Source of the DNA: an uncultured bacterium
Lineage (GTDB): Bacteria > Babelota > Babeliae > Babelales > Vermiphilaceae
DNA length: 64,000 nucleotides
Reading direction: 5' to 3'
Assembly (NCBI GenBank): GCA_963702025.1
Contig: OY969699.1
Span: forward strand, 389,746 to 453,745
Part shown: one piece after another, positions 27,187 to 36,526 of the stretch
Numbering within the stretch: position 1 is the first letter of the stretch
Layout of the letters: every line of letters starts with the position of its first letter
Position numbers and translations under genes: made by a program
Notes under the pieces: model-generated
The model's input: the letters and a program-made list of their open reading frames with translations, nothing else
Database searches by the model: none
Told to the model about the DNA's origin: nothing

Positions 27187-28052
27187 GCGTTGGAACGTTG
27201 TTTCTGGATTGTTTTTGCTGCCTCAAGCGCTTGTATAAAGAACGCTTCAGAGTATACCCAGTTAGATATTCCCTCTTTTATTGCTTTTGCCTGATACTCC
27301 CTTGGAATTAGATTGAATACTCCCGGGAAACGATTGACTAACGCTTGCTCCTCGGGTGTTAATTGTTCAGATATTACTTGGGGTGCTTTTGGGACCGGTA
27401 ATGGCCGCGGTTGTGGTTTAATTTGGGGCGCTCCTGGCTTTGCCTTTGCCGGCTGTTGTTCAAACTGTTTTTCATTTAAGGCTGTATTTACTGCCCACCG
27501 CCAGAGCTGATATGCTTGCTTTTGATCTTGTATCATCGTAGAGCCCCGTGTAGCCAATGGATTTGATTCAAACTCGAAATTCCGCCATTTTATCGATTCA
27601 ACGTTATCTCCACTACGCAAGCCAAGAATATCCCATGCTGTTGAAGAATCGCTAAGGGGATTTAAGATGAAAAATTCATTTGGATTTCTTTTGGAGTACG
27701 CATTCATAAGACTGTTTTGAATATAATTGTAGGCTCCTTTACTTACCTTTGGCCGCCCGCCATTTTTTTGTTGTTCAAGTAACTTTTTCCGTTTATTTTC
27801 AAGTTCATCTTCGATTTCAGTACGGTGTCTGATCATTGATAAATATTTTTCCTCATTAATATAGCCTTTTTTATACTGTTCGATTACATCCTTCATATTT
27901 TCTTTATTGGTAGCAATCATAGATTCAACAGTGCTTATTTGTTGAGCCAGTGATTCTTCTTGTCCCCTTGCTTGCGGGAGTTGTTCCATCCCTTTGCTTA
28001 TGTAGATGATACCCAGAAGGGTAACTAGAGAGATTTTTAATGTATTTTTCAT
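27075..28052 (-). CDS. hypothetical secreted protein with a proline-rich segment
   Basis: ATG at 28052 (MKNTLKISLVTLLGIIYISKGMEQ). Contains a coiled-coil and PGAPQIKPQPRPLPVPKAP. The 3' tail overlaps the next gene in another frame. Confidence 0.5.
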   Translation of the reverse strand: MKNTLKISLVTLLGIIYISKGMEQLPQARGQEESLAQQISTVESMIATNKENMKDVIEQYKKGYINEEKYLSMIRHRTEIEDELENKRKKLLEQQKNGGRPKVSKGAYNYIQNSLMNAYSKRNPNEFFILNPLSDSSTAWDILGLRSGDNVESIKWRNFEFESNPLATRGSTMIQDQKQAYQLWRWAVNTALNEKQFEQQPAKAKPGAPQIKPQPRPLPVPKAPQVISEQLTPEEQALVNRFPGVFNLIPREYQAKAIKEGISNWVYSEAFFIQALEAAKTIQKQRSNAWQLLGRAYGAQLSLPVPYYSSGYVYFLQPAPPAVLI

Positions 28053-28236
28053 AGGATTTTTCCCCAAATTTTTGCCTATTTTTACTAAATATAGTTCTAA
28101 TTGTAATTATAATAATATGGATTACTAAAAATCTATGATTTTAAAGAAATTATTACTTTCGATGAATGACAAGGCTTTTTTTGAGCTGAAATAAGAAAAT
28201 CGGGCCTAGAATAGCCCTTTGATGCCAAAGATGTTT

Positions 28237-28926
28237 TTATAAGCCAAATAGCCGGACCAAGTAATTTCTGAACATATAAAAGAAAATTACCGTAAATAGA
28301 ATGCCATCAAAGCGATCTAAAAAGCCGCCATGGCCGGGTAAAAGTGTTCCTGAATCTTTAATCCCTGCTCTGCGCTTGAGCCAGGATTCAAAAAGATCCC
28401 CGATTAGTGAAAGAATACAAACCATTAATGAAAATAATGCAATAAACCACCGCGGTTTTGATTTGCCCAGTTCCCAAAGTACGAGTACTAATCCGATGCA
28501 AGCAAATATCCAACCACCTACAATCCCTTCCCATGTTTTGCCCGGACTGATTTTTGGAGCAAGTTTGTGAAATCCTATTGTTGTTCCCACAAAATATGAA
28601 CCGGTGTCAAAACTAAATACAATAATAAATAAGATAAAAAGCAGCGGATGATAGAGCGGATTCTGGTTCATGGCGATCAAAAAAGTGAATGGTAGGATCG
28701 GATAAAATGGCATTATCAGCCAGTAAGAAAGCTTTTTGATACTAAAAAAATTTTTCCATTCAAAAATAATGATGAGTAGTAAAATAAAACCGAGCACCAT
28801 GGAAAAATAGATTGGTGGTAGATAGGCAAATAAAGTCCAAAAAAGTATGCCTAAAACAAGGCCGGTTGCTAGCCGTTTTGCAAATTGTGATAGGCCATGC
28901 TTGGTAAAAATAGTTACCATGTGCAA
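28237..28926 (-). CDS. cdsA: phosphatidate cytidylyltransferase
   Basis: Multi-TM protein with the C-terminal signature SWLKRRAGIKDSGTLLPGHGGFLDRFDG. Confidence 0.85.
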   Translation of the reverse strand: MHMVTIFTKHGLSQFAKRLATGLVLGILFWTLFAYLPPIYFSMVLGFILLLIIIFEWKNFFSIKKLSYWLIMPFYPILPFTFLIAMNQNPLYHPLLFILFIIVFSFDTGSYFVGTTIGFHKLAPKISPGKTWEGIVGGWIFACIGLVLVLWELGKSKPRWFIALFSLMVCILSLIGDLFESWLKRRAGIKDSGTLLPGHGGFLDRFDGILFTVIFFYMFRNYLVRLFGL

Positions 28927-29285
28927 TCACCTTCATTAAAAGCATTGGCAATATAGACCAACTCTAACTGCGCACCTTCTCCATGCACCAGCGCCACGTC
29001 AAAACGGTAGGAGCATTCGGCTGTTGTGCGGTGGGCAATATAATGCTTTGCAACGCTTATTATTTTGCGCTGTTTGTTTGGCGTTATCACATCACCCAAA
29101 TCAAAATAATTTTCTTGGCGCATCTTTACTTCTACAAATACCAATAATGAGGGCTTGCTTGCAATAAGATCAATTTCTCCATCTTTTTTGCGGTAATTAC
29201 GCTCGACTATTTTAAATCCATCGGCAATAAGTTTTTGCGCTACCTTATCTTCTGCTTCTTTACCCAGTTGTGAACGAAAATGCAT
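28914..29285 (-). CDS. YraN-family (UPF0102) endonuclease-like protein
   Basis: GKEAEDKVAQKL...GEIDLIA...LVFVEVK... is the typical YraN pattern. The protein is 123 aa. Confidence 0.75.
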   Translation of the reverse strand: MHFRSQLGKEAEDKVAQKLIADGFKIVERNYRKKDGEIDLIASKPSLLVFVEVKMRQENYFDLGDVITPNKQRKIISVAKHYIAHRTTAECSYRFDVALVHGEGAQLELVYIANAFNEGDCTW

Positions 29286-29304
29286 GATCTATCTTTCTAA
29301 ATTC

Positions 29305-30357
29305 TTATGCTCTAGTCCGAGATGGCGTTTCCAACTTTTGCGCTTCTTTTACCTGTTCCTTGATTGTATTATGTCTTTCTTTGTCTTCTACGCTCGGTAC
29401 AGCAAATTTTGCATTGTTTTGCGCAAGAGGAATTTCCTCTATAAATTTATTCGCATCAGCCACAATAGTTCCCGGTTTTGATGGCAGAGCAACAGGCGCT
29501 AATACTTTTTGTTCCAACGAAGCCAGTTGTGTTTTGACAGTTGGCAGATCAGGAACCAATCGCTTGGTGATTGCATGATCGGGAAATTTTTCACCCAAGG
29601 TTAATTGTGCGCGCAATGCTGCTTCAGAATTATTTTGTGCCTGCGCCAAAGAAAAGCTAATTTCAAGAACTTGTGGTTGAGCTGAAGGCAGATCGGGAAG
29701 ATGCTCTTTTGTTATTAAATCAAGCCGTTTTTGAGCAGCTTTAAAGTTGTTGCCTTTGAGGTAAAAATTAAAGATATTAGTGTCGCTTTCTAATAATTTT
29801 TCTCTGCATTGGGTGGCAAGCAGGGTTACCTGATCAACATATTCTGATTTTGGATGGTTAGCATAAAATTGTTGGCAAAGCTTAAGGGTCTCTTCTGTTT
29901 TAGTTTGATCCCTATCAGAAGTCAACGTAAGTTTCCAACCGCATTCAATAGCCTTATAATGGGCATAAGCGCAACGAGTTGCTCCCGGATAGAGCAGGAT
30001 AAACTCATTGTAAGCTTTCTCAGCTTTGGTCCATTCTTGCAATTGATAATAAATATCCGCCATTTCTAAGAGGATATCTTTGACCATCTCAGGATCGGTA
30101 CAATTAAGGCGCATGGCATCCAGATATTTTACTGCAGTTGCCAGATCATTTTGTTTTAATGCTTTTTCTTTGCCTTCTTTGAGTTCAGCAAACGGTTTAT
30201 CTGCCAGAGGATTTTTTCGAGGAGTCCCTTTTTTACCTTTGCTGCTCAAGTCGGGGGCCTGTTTTTGGGGAAACATTGAAGAAGAAAAGGCGCATAGGTC
30301 AGGAGCGCTAGTAATCATGAGGCCTAGAATGACTATAAAAAGATGGGGGCGGATCAT
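29305..30357 (-). CDS. TPR-type outer-membrane assembly factor BamD/YfiO-like protein
   Basis: AEKAYNEFILLYPGATRCAYAHYKAIECGW and further TPR-like helices. The start is taken at MIRPHLFIVILGL (ATG at 30357). Confidence 0.5.
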   Translation of the reverse strand: MIRPHLFIVILGLMITSAPDLCAFSSSMFPQKQAPDLSSKGKKGTPRKNPLADKPFAELKEGKEKALKQNDLATAVKYLDAMRLNCTDPEMVKDILLEMADIYYQLQEWTKAEKAYNEFILLYPGATRCAYAHYKAIECGWKLTLTSDRDQTKTEETLKLCQQFYANHPKSEYVDQVTLLATQCREKLLESDTNIFNFYLKGNNFKAAQKRLDLITKEHLPDLPSAQPQVLEISFSLAQAQNNSEAALRAQLTLGEKFPDHAITKRLVPDLPTVKTQLASLEQKVLAPVALPSKPGTIVADANKFIEEIPLAQNNAKFAVPSVEDKERHNTIKEQVKEAQKLETPSRTRA

Positions 30358-30442
30358 AAAGATTCCTTGGCAAGTTGCGGAGAAAAAACGTAGGATTATA
30401 GTATTACTATACAAGAAAATGAATAAAAATTAAGGGTGCTCG

Positions 30443-32155
30443 ATGATCACGATAAGTGTTGTTGATATTCTTCTTGAAAAAAAGATTATTACCAGTGCTC
30501 AGGCGCTTGAATGTCAGGCGCTGGCAGAACAGACGGGGCAATCGGTAGAACAGTGCCTCATTGAAAAAAAATATGCAACAGATGAGGATCTTGCCAAAGC
30601 GATTGCTACGCGAGCCGGGCTGCCTTACATTGAAAAGATCACCGATGCAATGGCAGATTTGGCAACCCTTGCCAAGGTGCCGCTCAAATTTTTGCGTGAC
30701 AACGTGGTTATCCCCGTTCTGGTGGATAATCGCCTCACCATTCTCACTGCTAAACCGAGCAACTTCCAACCCCTTGATGAGGTTAATATGCTTCTGGGAG
30801 GCAATGCAAGCTATGCAGTGGCCACCGAAAAAGTGATCATTGATGCGATCAACCGTTACTATCCGCTGGAAGGTAGCAAGCAGATGATTGCCGCCTTTGA
30901 AAAGGAGGAAGAGCTGGGGCCCGAAGAGGTTGATTTTGGTGCAATCGAAGAAAAAGATATCATGTCGATGGCTTCAGAGGCGCCCATTATCAAGCTGGTT
31001 AATAATATTTTATTTCAAGCGGCAAAGCGTGGCGCATCTGATATTCACATTGAACCCTTTGAAAAAGAGTTAGAGGTCCGTTATCGTATTGATGGCGTAT
31101 TGTATCCGGTTATGACACCACCCAAGCGAATTCAGGGGGCTCTGGTGTCTCGTATTAAAATTATGGCAAATCTTAATATTGCTGAAAAACGAATTCCGCA
31201 AGATGGCAGAATCGATATTAAGGTAGCCGGTAAAGCAATCGATATTCGTGTCTCGGTGTTGCCGGTGGTTTTTGGCGAACGGATAGTGATGCGCTTGCTT
31301 GATAAGAGTCGCAGCTTTGGCGCACTCAAAGATCTTGGCTTTAGCGAGCGGGATTATAAATTAATGGAACAAGATATTCATAAACCAAACGGTATTATTT
31401 ATATCACCGGTCCAACCGGCTCGGGTAAAACCAGTACATTGTATTGCATCTTGGGTGAATTGAATAAACCGGATGTGAATATTATCACCGTTGAAGATCC
31501 GGTTGAATATCAAATGCCGGGTATTGGTCAAGTTGCGGTGAAAGAGAAAATTGGACTCACCTTCGCTGCGGCGCTTCGCTCTATTTTGCGACAAGATCCG
31601 GATATTATCATGATCGGTGAAACGCGTGACTTTGAGACGGCTCAAATTGCGGTGCAAGCAGCGTTGACGGGTCACTTGGTATTTAGTACGTTGCACACAA
31701 ACAATGCGCCTGCCAGTATCACCCGTTTGCTCGATATGGGCATTGAGCCATTTTTAATTGCGTCATCGGTAATATTGATCATGGCGCAACGATTGGTGCG
31801 CAAATTGTGCCCAAATTGTAAAAAGAAATATATGCCGGCAGAAGATCTTTTAGAAAGCATAGGGCTCACGCAAAAGACGGCTCAAGGAATCACTTTTTAT
31901 CAGGCAGTTGGCTGTGATGAGTGTAATCAAACAGGCTATAAGGGCCGCTTGGCAGTTTTTGAATTGATGAGTATGACGGCCGGGATCGCAAAATTAACTA
32001 TGGAACGCGCTGATACTTCACTCTTGCGTAAGCAAGCAATAGCTGATGGCATGATCTTGCTTATTGATGATGGCATCCGCAAGATTAAAGAAGGATTGAC
32101 CACTATAGAAGAAGTAATTGCGGTGGCAACGATGGAACAAGAAGTGGTGGAATAA
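30443..32155 (+). CDS. type II secretion / type IV pilus assembly ATPase (GspE/PilB family)
   Basis: Walker A GPTGSGKTS, Asp box VEDPVEY, Walker B IMIGETRD, His box LVFSTLHTN, and the tetracysteine motif CPNC...CDEC. Confidence 0.9.
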   Translation: MITISVVDILLEKKIITSAQALECQALAEQTGQSVEQCLIEKKYATDEDLAKAIATRAGLPYIEKITDAMADLATLAKVPLKFLRDNVVIPVLVDNRLTILTAKPSNFQPLDEVNMLLGGNASYAVATEKVIIDAINRYYPLEGSKQMIAAFEKEEELGPEEVDFGAIEEKDIMSMASEAPIIKLVNNILFQAAKRGASDIHIEPFEKELEVRYRIDGVLYPVMTPPKRIQGALVSRIKIMANLNIAEKRIPQDGRIDIKVAGKAIDIRVSVLPVVFGERIVMRLLDKSRSFGALKDLGFSERDYKLMEQDIHKPNGIIYITGPTGSGKTSTLYCILGELNKPDVNIITVEDPVEYQMPGIGQVAVKEKIGLTFAAALRSILRQDPDIIMIGETRDFETAQIAVQAALTGHLVFSTLHTNNAPASITRLLDMGIEPFLIASSVILIMAQRLVRKLCPNCKKKYMPAEDLLESIGLTQKTAQGITFYQAVGCDECNQTGYKGRLAVFELMSMTAGIAKLTMERADTSLLRKQAIADGMILLIDDGIRKIKEGLTTIEEVIAVATMEQEVVE

Positions 32156-32181
32156 GCTTAATTTAAGGTGAACTCGATCTA

Positions 32182-32342
32182 AGAAATTTTACCTATGTCC
32201 GCTCGTGGTGAGTGATTGCGAAGCAATCATATCGAACCATGCGGACAAAACACAATTGATTTTATTACACAAAAGGCCGCATAGATTCGATACGCCTCAT
32301 TTCATTCGGCTACTCACTACGAGCGGCCTGAAGAAATTTACC
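32182..32342. repeat. MITE-like composite: two inverted copies of the dispersed ~45-bp repeat unit, flanked by a short direct repeat
   Basis: The left arm 32198-32246 and right arm 32276-32328 are mutual reverse complements (gtccgctcgtggtgagtg...atcgaaccatgcggac versus ggccgcatagattcgatacg...tactcactacgagcggcc). The flanks are agaaattttacct and agaaatttacct. Confidence 0.6.
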
Positions 32343-32383
32343 TAAACTAAAGCTTTTCTATCAATTCTCAGGTCGAACTCGCA

Positions 32384-32617
32384 TTAGTTTAATTTTTCAG
32401 GAAGACTGCGCGGTTGATTTTTCTTATAAGAAATGGGAAGGCTATGAATCTTGCGCATATGAACTTTTAACTCACCGGCAGTTCTAAATTTCTGCAGACA
32501 TTCTTGGCGTCTTATATTTTTCACCCTGCAGATAACGTCTTCTGCATCATACATGCACCATGAAATTAATGGTAATAAGAATAAATTGATGAAATAAAAA
32601 TGTTGAAAGAATTTCAT
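32384..32617 (-). CDS. small exported protein with one degenerate C2H2-like finger
   Basis: N-terminal hydrophobic segment, then C-x9-C-x12-H-x4-H (CRVKNIRRQECLQKFRTAGELKVHMRKIH). Its ATG overlaps the upstream stop (ATGA). Confidence 0.4.
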   Translation of the reverse strand: MKFFQHFYFINLFLLPLISWCMYDAEDVICRVKNIRRQECLQKFRTAGELKVHMRKIHSLPISYKKNQPRSLPEKLN

Positions 32618-34092
32618 GGCAACTCCTCAAATTGATATTTTTTAATTCTTTCTTGAAGATAATTTTTTATTTTGAGGGTTCCAAGAATTTCTTTTACTCT
32701 GCTCGCTTTGGGTATTTTTTCTTTGCGACCATAATGATGCTCAGCAATTAAGAGCGCAATTAATTGTTGTAAAGTGGTATGTTTGGCAAATCCTTGCCCA
32801 TGCAAGAGCAACTGCCCTCGTGGCAAAAGTAAATAATTATAATCGTTACAAAAAATTAATGGGTTCTTAATCTCATTTTTCTCATTTGCAATGGGCAGCG
32901 TCGCAAATATATTCATGGTTTTAAGATCATAAATTTTTAATATGTCAGGCTGATCACTATCGGTTGCGTTATAAATATACAAATAGTGTGAATTGGGGCA
33001 AAAACATAAATGGGTAGATTCAGTTATTATTTCGGGTGGTATTTCCGTTTTTTCTTCTGTTTCTACATTAAAAATAACGGTTGATGTATTACTGTTGCTT
33101 GCCAAGAATTTACCATCATTGCTCACGCAACTTACCGGTGGCATAGATAATGTTTTAAAGTTGCCTAATTTACTGGTGATATACATTTGTATTGGTGTAA
33201 TGAGATTAAAATAAAGTATATAATTGAATGCGGGACTGATTGCAAAAGGTCTAAGAAAGTTATGTCGCAAATGGGCAGTTTGTTTTTGTCCGGTAGCAGC
33301 ATTAAATATTTCAGCAATTTGCTTTTCAATAATAACAGGAAAAGAATCTTTTCCGACGACAACGCGGTGTCCATTTTTGCTATAGCAGCCATAATAAAAT
33401 CTGTTGTCGGCATACGCTATTAAATCATGGCTATCTAATGTGAATGCGCAGATGCCCGAATTAAGATTAGTTCTAAATTGTGCCCAAACGGTGTTATTAT
33501 TTGGCGCAATGCTGAATATTCGCAATTCTTTGGCATGAGGATATAGTGTTTTAATTTTTTCATTCACGATGGTGCAATCGCTTACCAGTGCATTGGTACG
33601 GGCATCATATATTTTCTGTTCATGATGACATAAAGTTTTATCAGCATTTATGGTCGGTTTCATTAAATATGGTTCATTGTGTTGTTTCTCAATCGGATCA
33701 GGGATCAATAGAAAATTTTCATGAAAATTTTTCATTGGAAAATGTTGATCAGAGGTATAGTTGGGCTGATAAGCGAGGCATAGATTGGCTGAGGATGGTA
33801 AATTTTGGTTGGGTTCTTTTAAGATAACTATTTTTTGCGGTGTTTGATTCTCTAAGATTTGTTCTATTCGATCATGAGCACGTTTGCGTAATTGGTGATG
33901 AATAGTAGAAGCAATATCATGATTTACGATATCAGATTGTAAGAATTTTAATGCCGACTCATAATTTTCTTGCGGATCACATAATTTTGAGACCACATTA
34001 GCAGCAAGCTCGGCGCATGAAGGGATGCGAGAGTTCATTCCATGAATATTTTGGAATATGCATATGGCACTGATAATTATTACTATGGTCAT
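32614..34092 (-). CDS. exported hypothetical protein, possibly beta-propeller (WD40-like) repeats
   Basis: 492 aa with a signal peptide. Strand-like repeats such as SNDGKFLASNSNTSTVIFNVETEE and YSKNGHRVVVGKD. Translationally coupled to both neighbours. Confidence 0.4.
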   Translation of the reverse strand: MTIVIIISAICIFQNIHGMNSRIPSCAELAANVVSKLCDPQENYESALKFLQSDIVNHDIASTIHHQLRKRAHDRIEQILENQTPQKIVILKEPNQNLPSSANLCLAYQPNYTSDQHFPMKNFHENFLLIPDPIEKQHNEPYLMKPTINADKTLCHHEQKIYDARTNALVSDCTIVNEKIKTLYPHAKELRIFSIAPNNNTVWAQFRTNLNSGICAFTLDSHDLIAYADNRFYYGCYSKNGHRVVVGKDSFPVIIEKQIAEIFNAATGQKQTAHLRHNFLRPFAISPAFNYILYFNLITPIQMYITSKLGNFKTLSMPPVSCVSNDGKFLASNSNTSTVIFNVETEEKTEIPPEIITESTHLCFCPNSHYLYIYNATDSDQPDILKIYDLKTMNIFATLPIANEKNEIKNPLIFCNDYNYLLLPRGQLLLHGQGFAKHTTLQQLIALLIAEHHYGRKEKIPKASRVKEILGTLKIKNYLQERIKKYQFEELP

Positions 34093-34592
34093 ATAAGATT
34101 CTTGCTTTCTTTTATTAATTCTTTAAAACAATCATCCATTTGCGCTAAATCCGCATCATTTATTTCTAATGAACTAATATCATCAAAATTGTTGGCTGGC
34201 AATGGAAGGGTTGGCGCGTTATTATTTTGTTCAGGAATAGTGTCATTTTTATGCATGTTATAAAGATGCCGCAATAAACATTTTGCGGTTTTTAAATTGT
34301 TATTAGGGCATCCATAAGAGCATTTATAGAGAAGCGATTTTTTATTTTTTTGGGATTTTTTTTTCTTAATGGGTGAAGATGTTTTTTTAGCATTTTCGTT
34401 ATGGTTTGCTAAATGCTTAATCATTATTTTTTCTGTTTTGAAAAATTTTTCACATTTTAAACATTTAAAATTTGTATTAAATACAGAAAATTTTTTAAGA
34501 CAAACATTTGAGATTTTAGATTCCATTGCATGGCTATATGATGAGAGAGTGAGGCCGATTAAAAGACCACAGAAAATTTCTTTATTATTCAT
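34089..34592 (-). CDS. secreted classical C2H2 zinc-finger protein
   Basis: The start is taken at MNNKEIFCGLLIGLTLSSYSHAME (ATG at 34592). Fingers are FKCLKCEKFFKTEKIMIKHLANH and YKCSYGCPNNNLKTAKCLLRHLYNMH. Confidence 0.65.
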   Translation of the reverse strand: MNNKEIFCGLLIGLTLSSYSHAMESKISNVCLKKFSVFNTNFKCLKCEKFFKTEKIMIKHLANHNENAKKTSSPIKKKKSQKNKKSLLYKCSYGCPNNNLKTAKCLLRHLYNMHKNDTIPEQNNNAPTLPLPANNFDDISSLEINDADLAQMDDCFKELIKESKNLI

Positions 34593-35274
34593 GATTGTTT
34601 CCCTCTGTTTGTCTTGGAGAAAAAGGATTATTTTCAAATGGTTCTCTATTATTTTGACTTTCCCAAGCAGAAATAGTTTGAGCGACTTCATTGTCAGCAA
34701 GATTATGGCTAGAAAGATCCTGTGGTGGGATAAGAGTATTCGAGGTGATAGCGTTATTGCAATTTTGTTCATTGTTTGTTGCTAAAATGGCGGTAGTTTT
34801 TTTTCTTGTTATCTTGCATATATGTTTGTTTAGAAAATGATTATCCAGTCTCAATTTAGACATATATACTTGATTGCATTGCTGACATCGGTGAATTATT
34901 TTAAATTTTGTCATATCTTCTTGTTCTTCGCTGATTCTCCCCAATGAATGATTCTCGGATAAATGGGATTGCAATGATTGAAAGTCTCTAGTCTTAAAAT
35001 TGCAATTGGAAGAAGTGCATTCATATGATCCCAGTACAAATGGCCTATCCTCTTCTTTGTATTCTAGTTCTGCGTTGATCCCATGCTTTTTTAAATGTTT
35101 GTTCAGCAAGGGGATAGAGTTATAAACACAGTTGCATAGTGGGCAAAGAAAATGTTGAGTGAACATTATTTTTTGTTTTTTGTTTGCTGTTTGGTTGTTT
35201 GGCATTTCCATTGAATTGGCAGTAATGGCTATTGCTGCAAGAAAAAATCCAGCTACTATTTTTTTATGGTTCAT
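34585..35274 (-). CDS. secreted classical C2H2 zinc-finger protein (3 fingers)
   Basis: Signal peptide MNHKKIVAGFFLAAIAITANSME. Fingers are FLCPLCNCVYNSIPLLNKHLKKH, YECTSSNCNFKTRDFQSLQSHLSENH and HRCQQCNQVYMSKLRLDNHFLNKH. Confidence 0.7.
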   Translation of the reverse strand: MNHKKIVAGFFLAAIAITANSMEMPNNQTANKKQKIMFTQHFLCPLCNCVYNSIPLLNKHLKKHGINAELEYKEEDRPFVLGSYECTSSNCNFKTRDFQSLQSHLSENHSLGRISEEQEDMTKFKIIHRCQQCNQVYMSKLRLDNHFLNKHICKITRKKTTAILATNNEQNCNNAITSNTLIPPQDLSSHNLADNEVAQTISAWESQNNREPFENNPFSPRQTEGNNHE

Positions 35275-35288
35275 TATCTTTACTCCAT

Positions 35289-36461
35289 TTATGGTAATTT
35301 CTGTATCAATTGGGCATATGTTTTAGCACCACATGCACGTGCTTTATCAATAGCTTCTTGAATCATAGGATCATTTTGAAATTGCTCAAAAGTTGCCAAA
35401 AGCATATCCAATCCAGTCATTTTTGTTTTATTTTGGAGAGTGAATATCCAATTGATATCAGCGCCGGCATTAATTATTCTATTAATAGTCTCAATGCTAC
35501 AATATATTATAAACATGCTGAGAAATGGTTTACAAATTGTTGAATTAAGCGGGAACATGCACTGCACCAGTGCGCTATGATCAAGTAATAACCCTATAAT
35601 AGCATCTATATCCATAGGAGATTTTTCGGGCGAATCTGCGATTTTATTTGTATATGCAATAAACGCCAACGTTGCGGCTTGTTGTGGTTTAAGAGAATGC
35701 TTCAAGAGAAAATTAATCAATTCGTAGTCATCATTTTCTATAACTTTCTCCCACATTATTTCAATACTTATGTTCTTGCCTTGATTTAAATATGATTTTA
35801 TTCTTTTCAGGACATTTATCGAATCGCACACGGGGTATCGTTTGCTGTCTTGGGTAAATATTTCAATTAGGTGATCACACAAAGATTCTTTTTGTCTCTT
35901 GCTCAGAGAGTCATTCTTGAAAATTATAACGTAAATCAATGCTTGAATTGCTCTATCGGATAATCCTGCCGTTTTCTTGGTCAGAAGTTCATCGATTTTC
36001 TCTTTAATTGCATCAAATGTTGTTGACGATTTCAAATGAGACTCTAAAGCGGCTATCAATAGGCTTGAGGATCCCTTTATTTCATCAAATTGTAAGATTG
36101 ATTCAATATTTTTTTGGCAAAATTCCTCAATAAGCTTTTGCACCGTTATTTGTGCATCCGAAGCGAGAGCTGTTTTTTTTCTAATTATATGAAGCAGCTC
36201 AAGTTTAGCAGCAAATGAAAGGTTATGATTATCAGCGATCAGGCAAGCGGCAGGAAGATAGCTACAGTCGTCTAAAGCTTTAATATTCTCTAAAATAGTA
36301 ATTTTATCTGTTTTTTCGAAAAAGGGTGCTATTTGATCTTGCAATTGAGCAATTTGCGCTTCTTTTTGCTCAATTCGCTCTTGTTCTTGTGTTTTCATGC
36401 CGAAAGTATAAGCAGGAATAAGGCATAAAAAAACCATGCTCAAGCGATTAAAAGTATTCAT
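35289..36461 (-). CDS. secreted hypothetical protein with ankyrin-like C-terminal repeats
   Basis: Signal peptide MNTFNRLSMVFLCLIPAYTFGMK. Contains LINFLLKHSLKP, IIGLLLDHSALV and INRIINAGADINW. Confidence 0.45.
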   Translation of the reverse strand: MNTFNRLSMVFLCLIPAYTFGMKTQEQERIEQKEAQIAQLQDQIAPFFEKTDKITILENIKALDDCSYLPAACLIADNHNLSFAAKLELLHIIRKKTALASDAQITVQKLIEEFCQKNIESILQFDEIKGSSSLLIAALESHLKSSTTFDAIKEKIDELLTKKTAGLSDRAIQALIYVIIFKNDSLSKRQKESLCDHLIEIFTQDSKRYPVCDSINVLKRIKSYLNQGKNISIEIMWEKVIENDDYELINFLLKHSLKPQQAATLAFIAYTNKIADSPEKSPMDIDAIIGLLLDHSALVQCMFPLNSTICKPFLSMFIIYCSIETINRIINAGADINWIFTLQNKTKMTGLDMLLATFEQFQNDPMIQEAIDKARACGAKTYAQLIQKLP

Positions 36462-36526
36462 AAAACCTCCATTTCTAGGTATTTAGTAGGATTATCTATT
36501 CTAGAATAACACTCTTTACAATAATG

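Noticed and set aside
30407..31869. Minus-strand ORFs 30407-30769, 31132-31329, 31361-31696 and 31672-31869, and plus-strand ORFs 30561-30836 and 30888-31073, overlapping the GspE/PilB gene
   Set aside because: They lie within a strongly supported, motif-rich plus-strand gene, so I take them as frame shadows.
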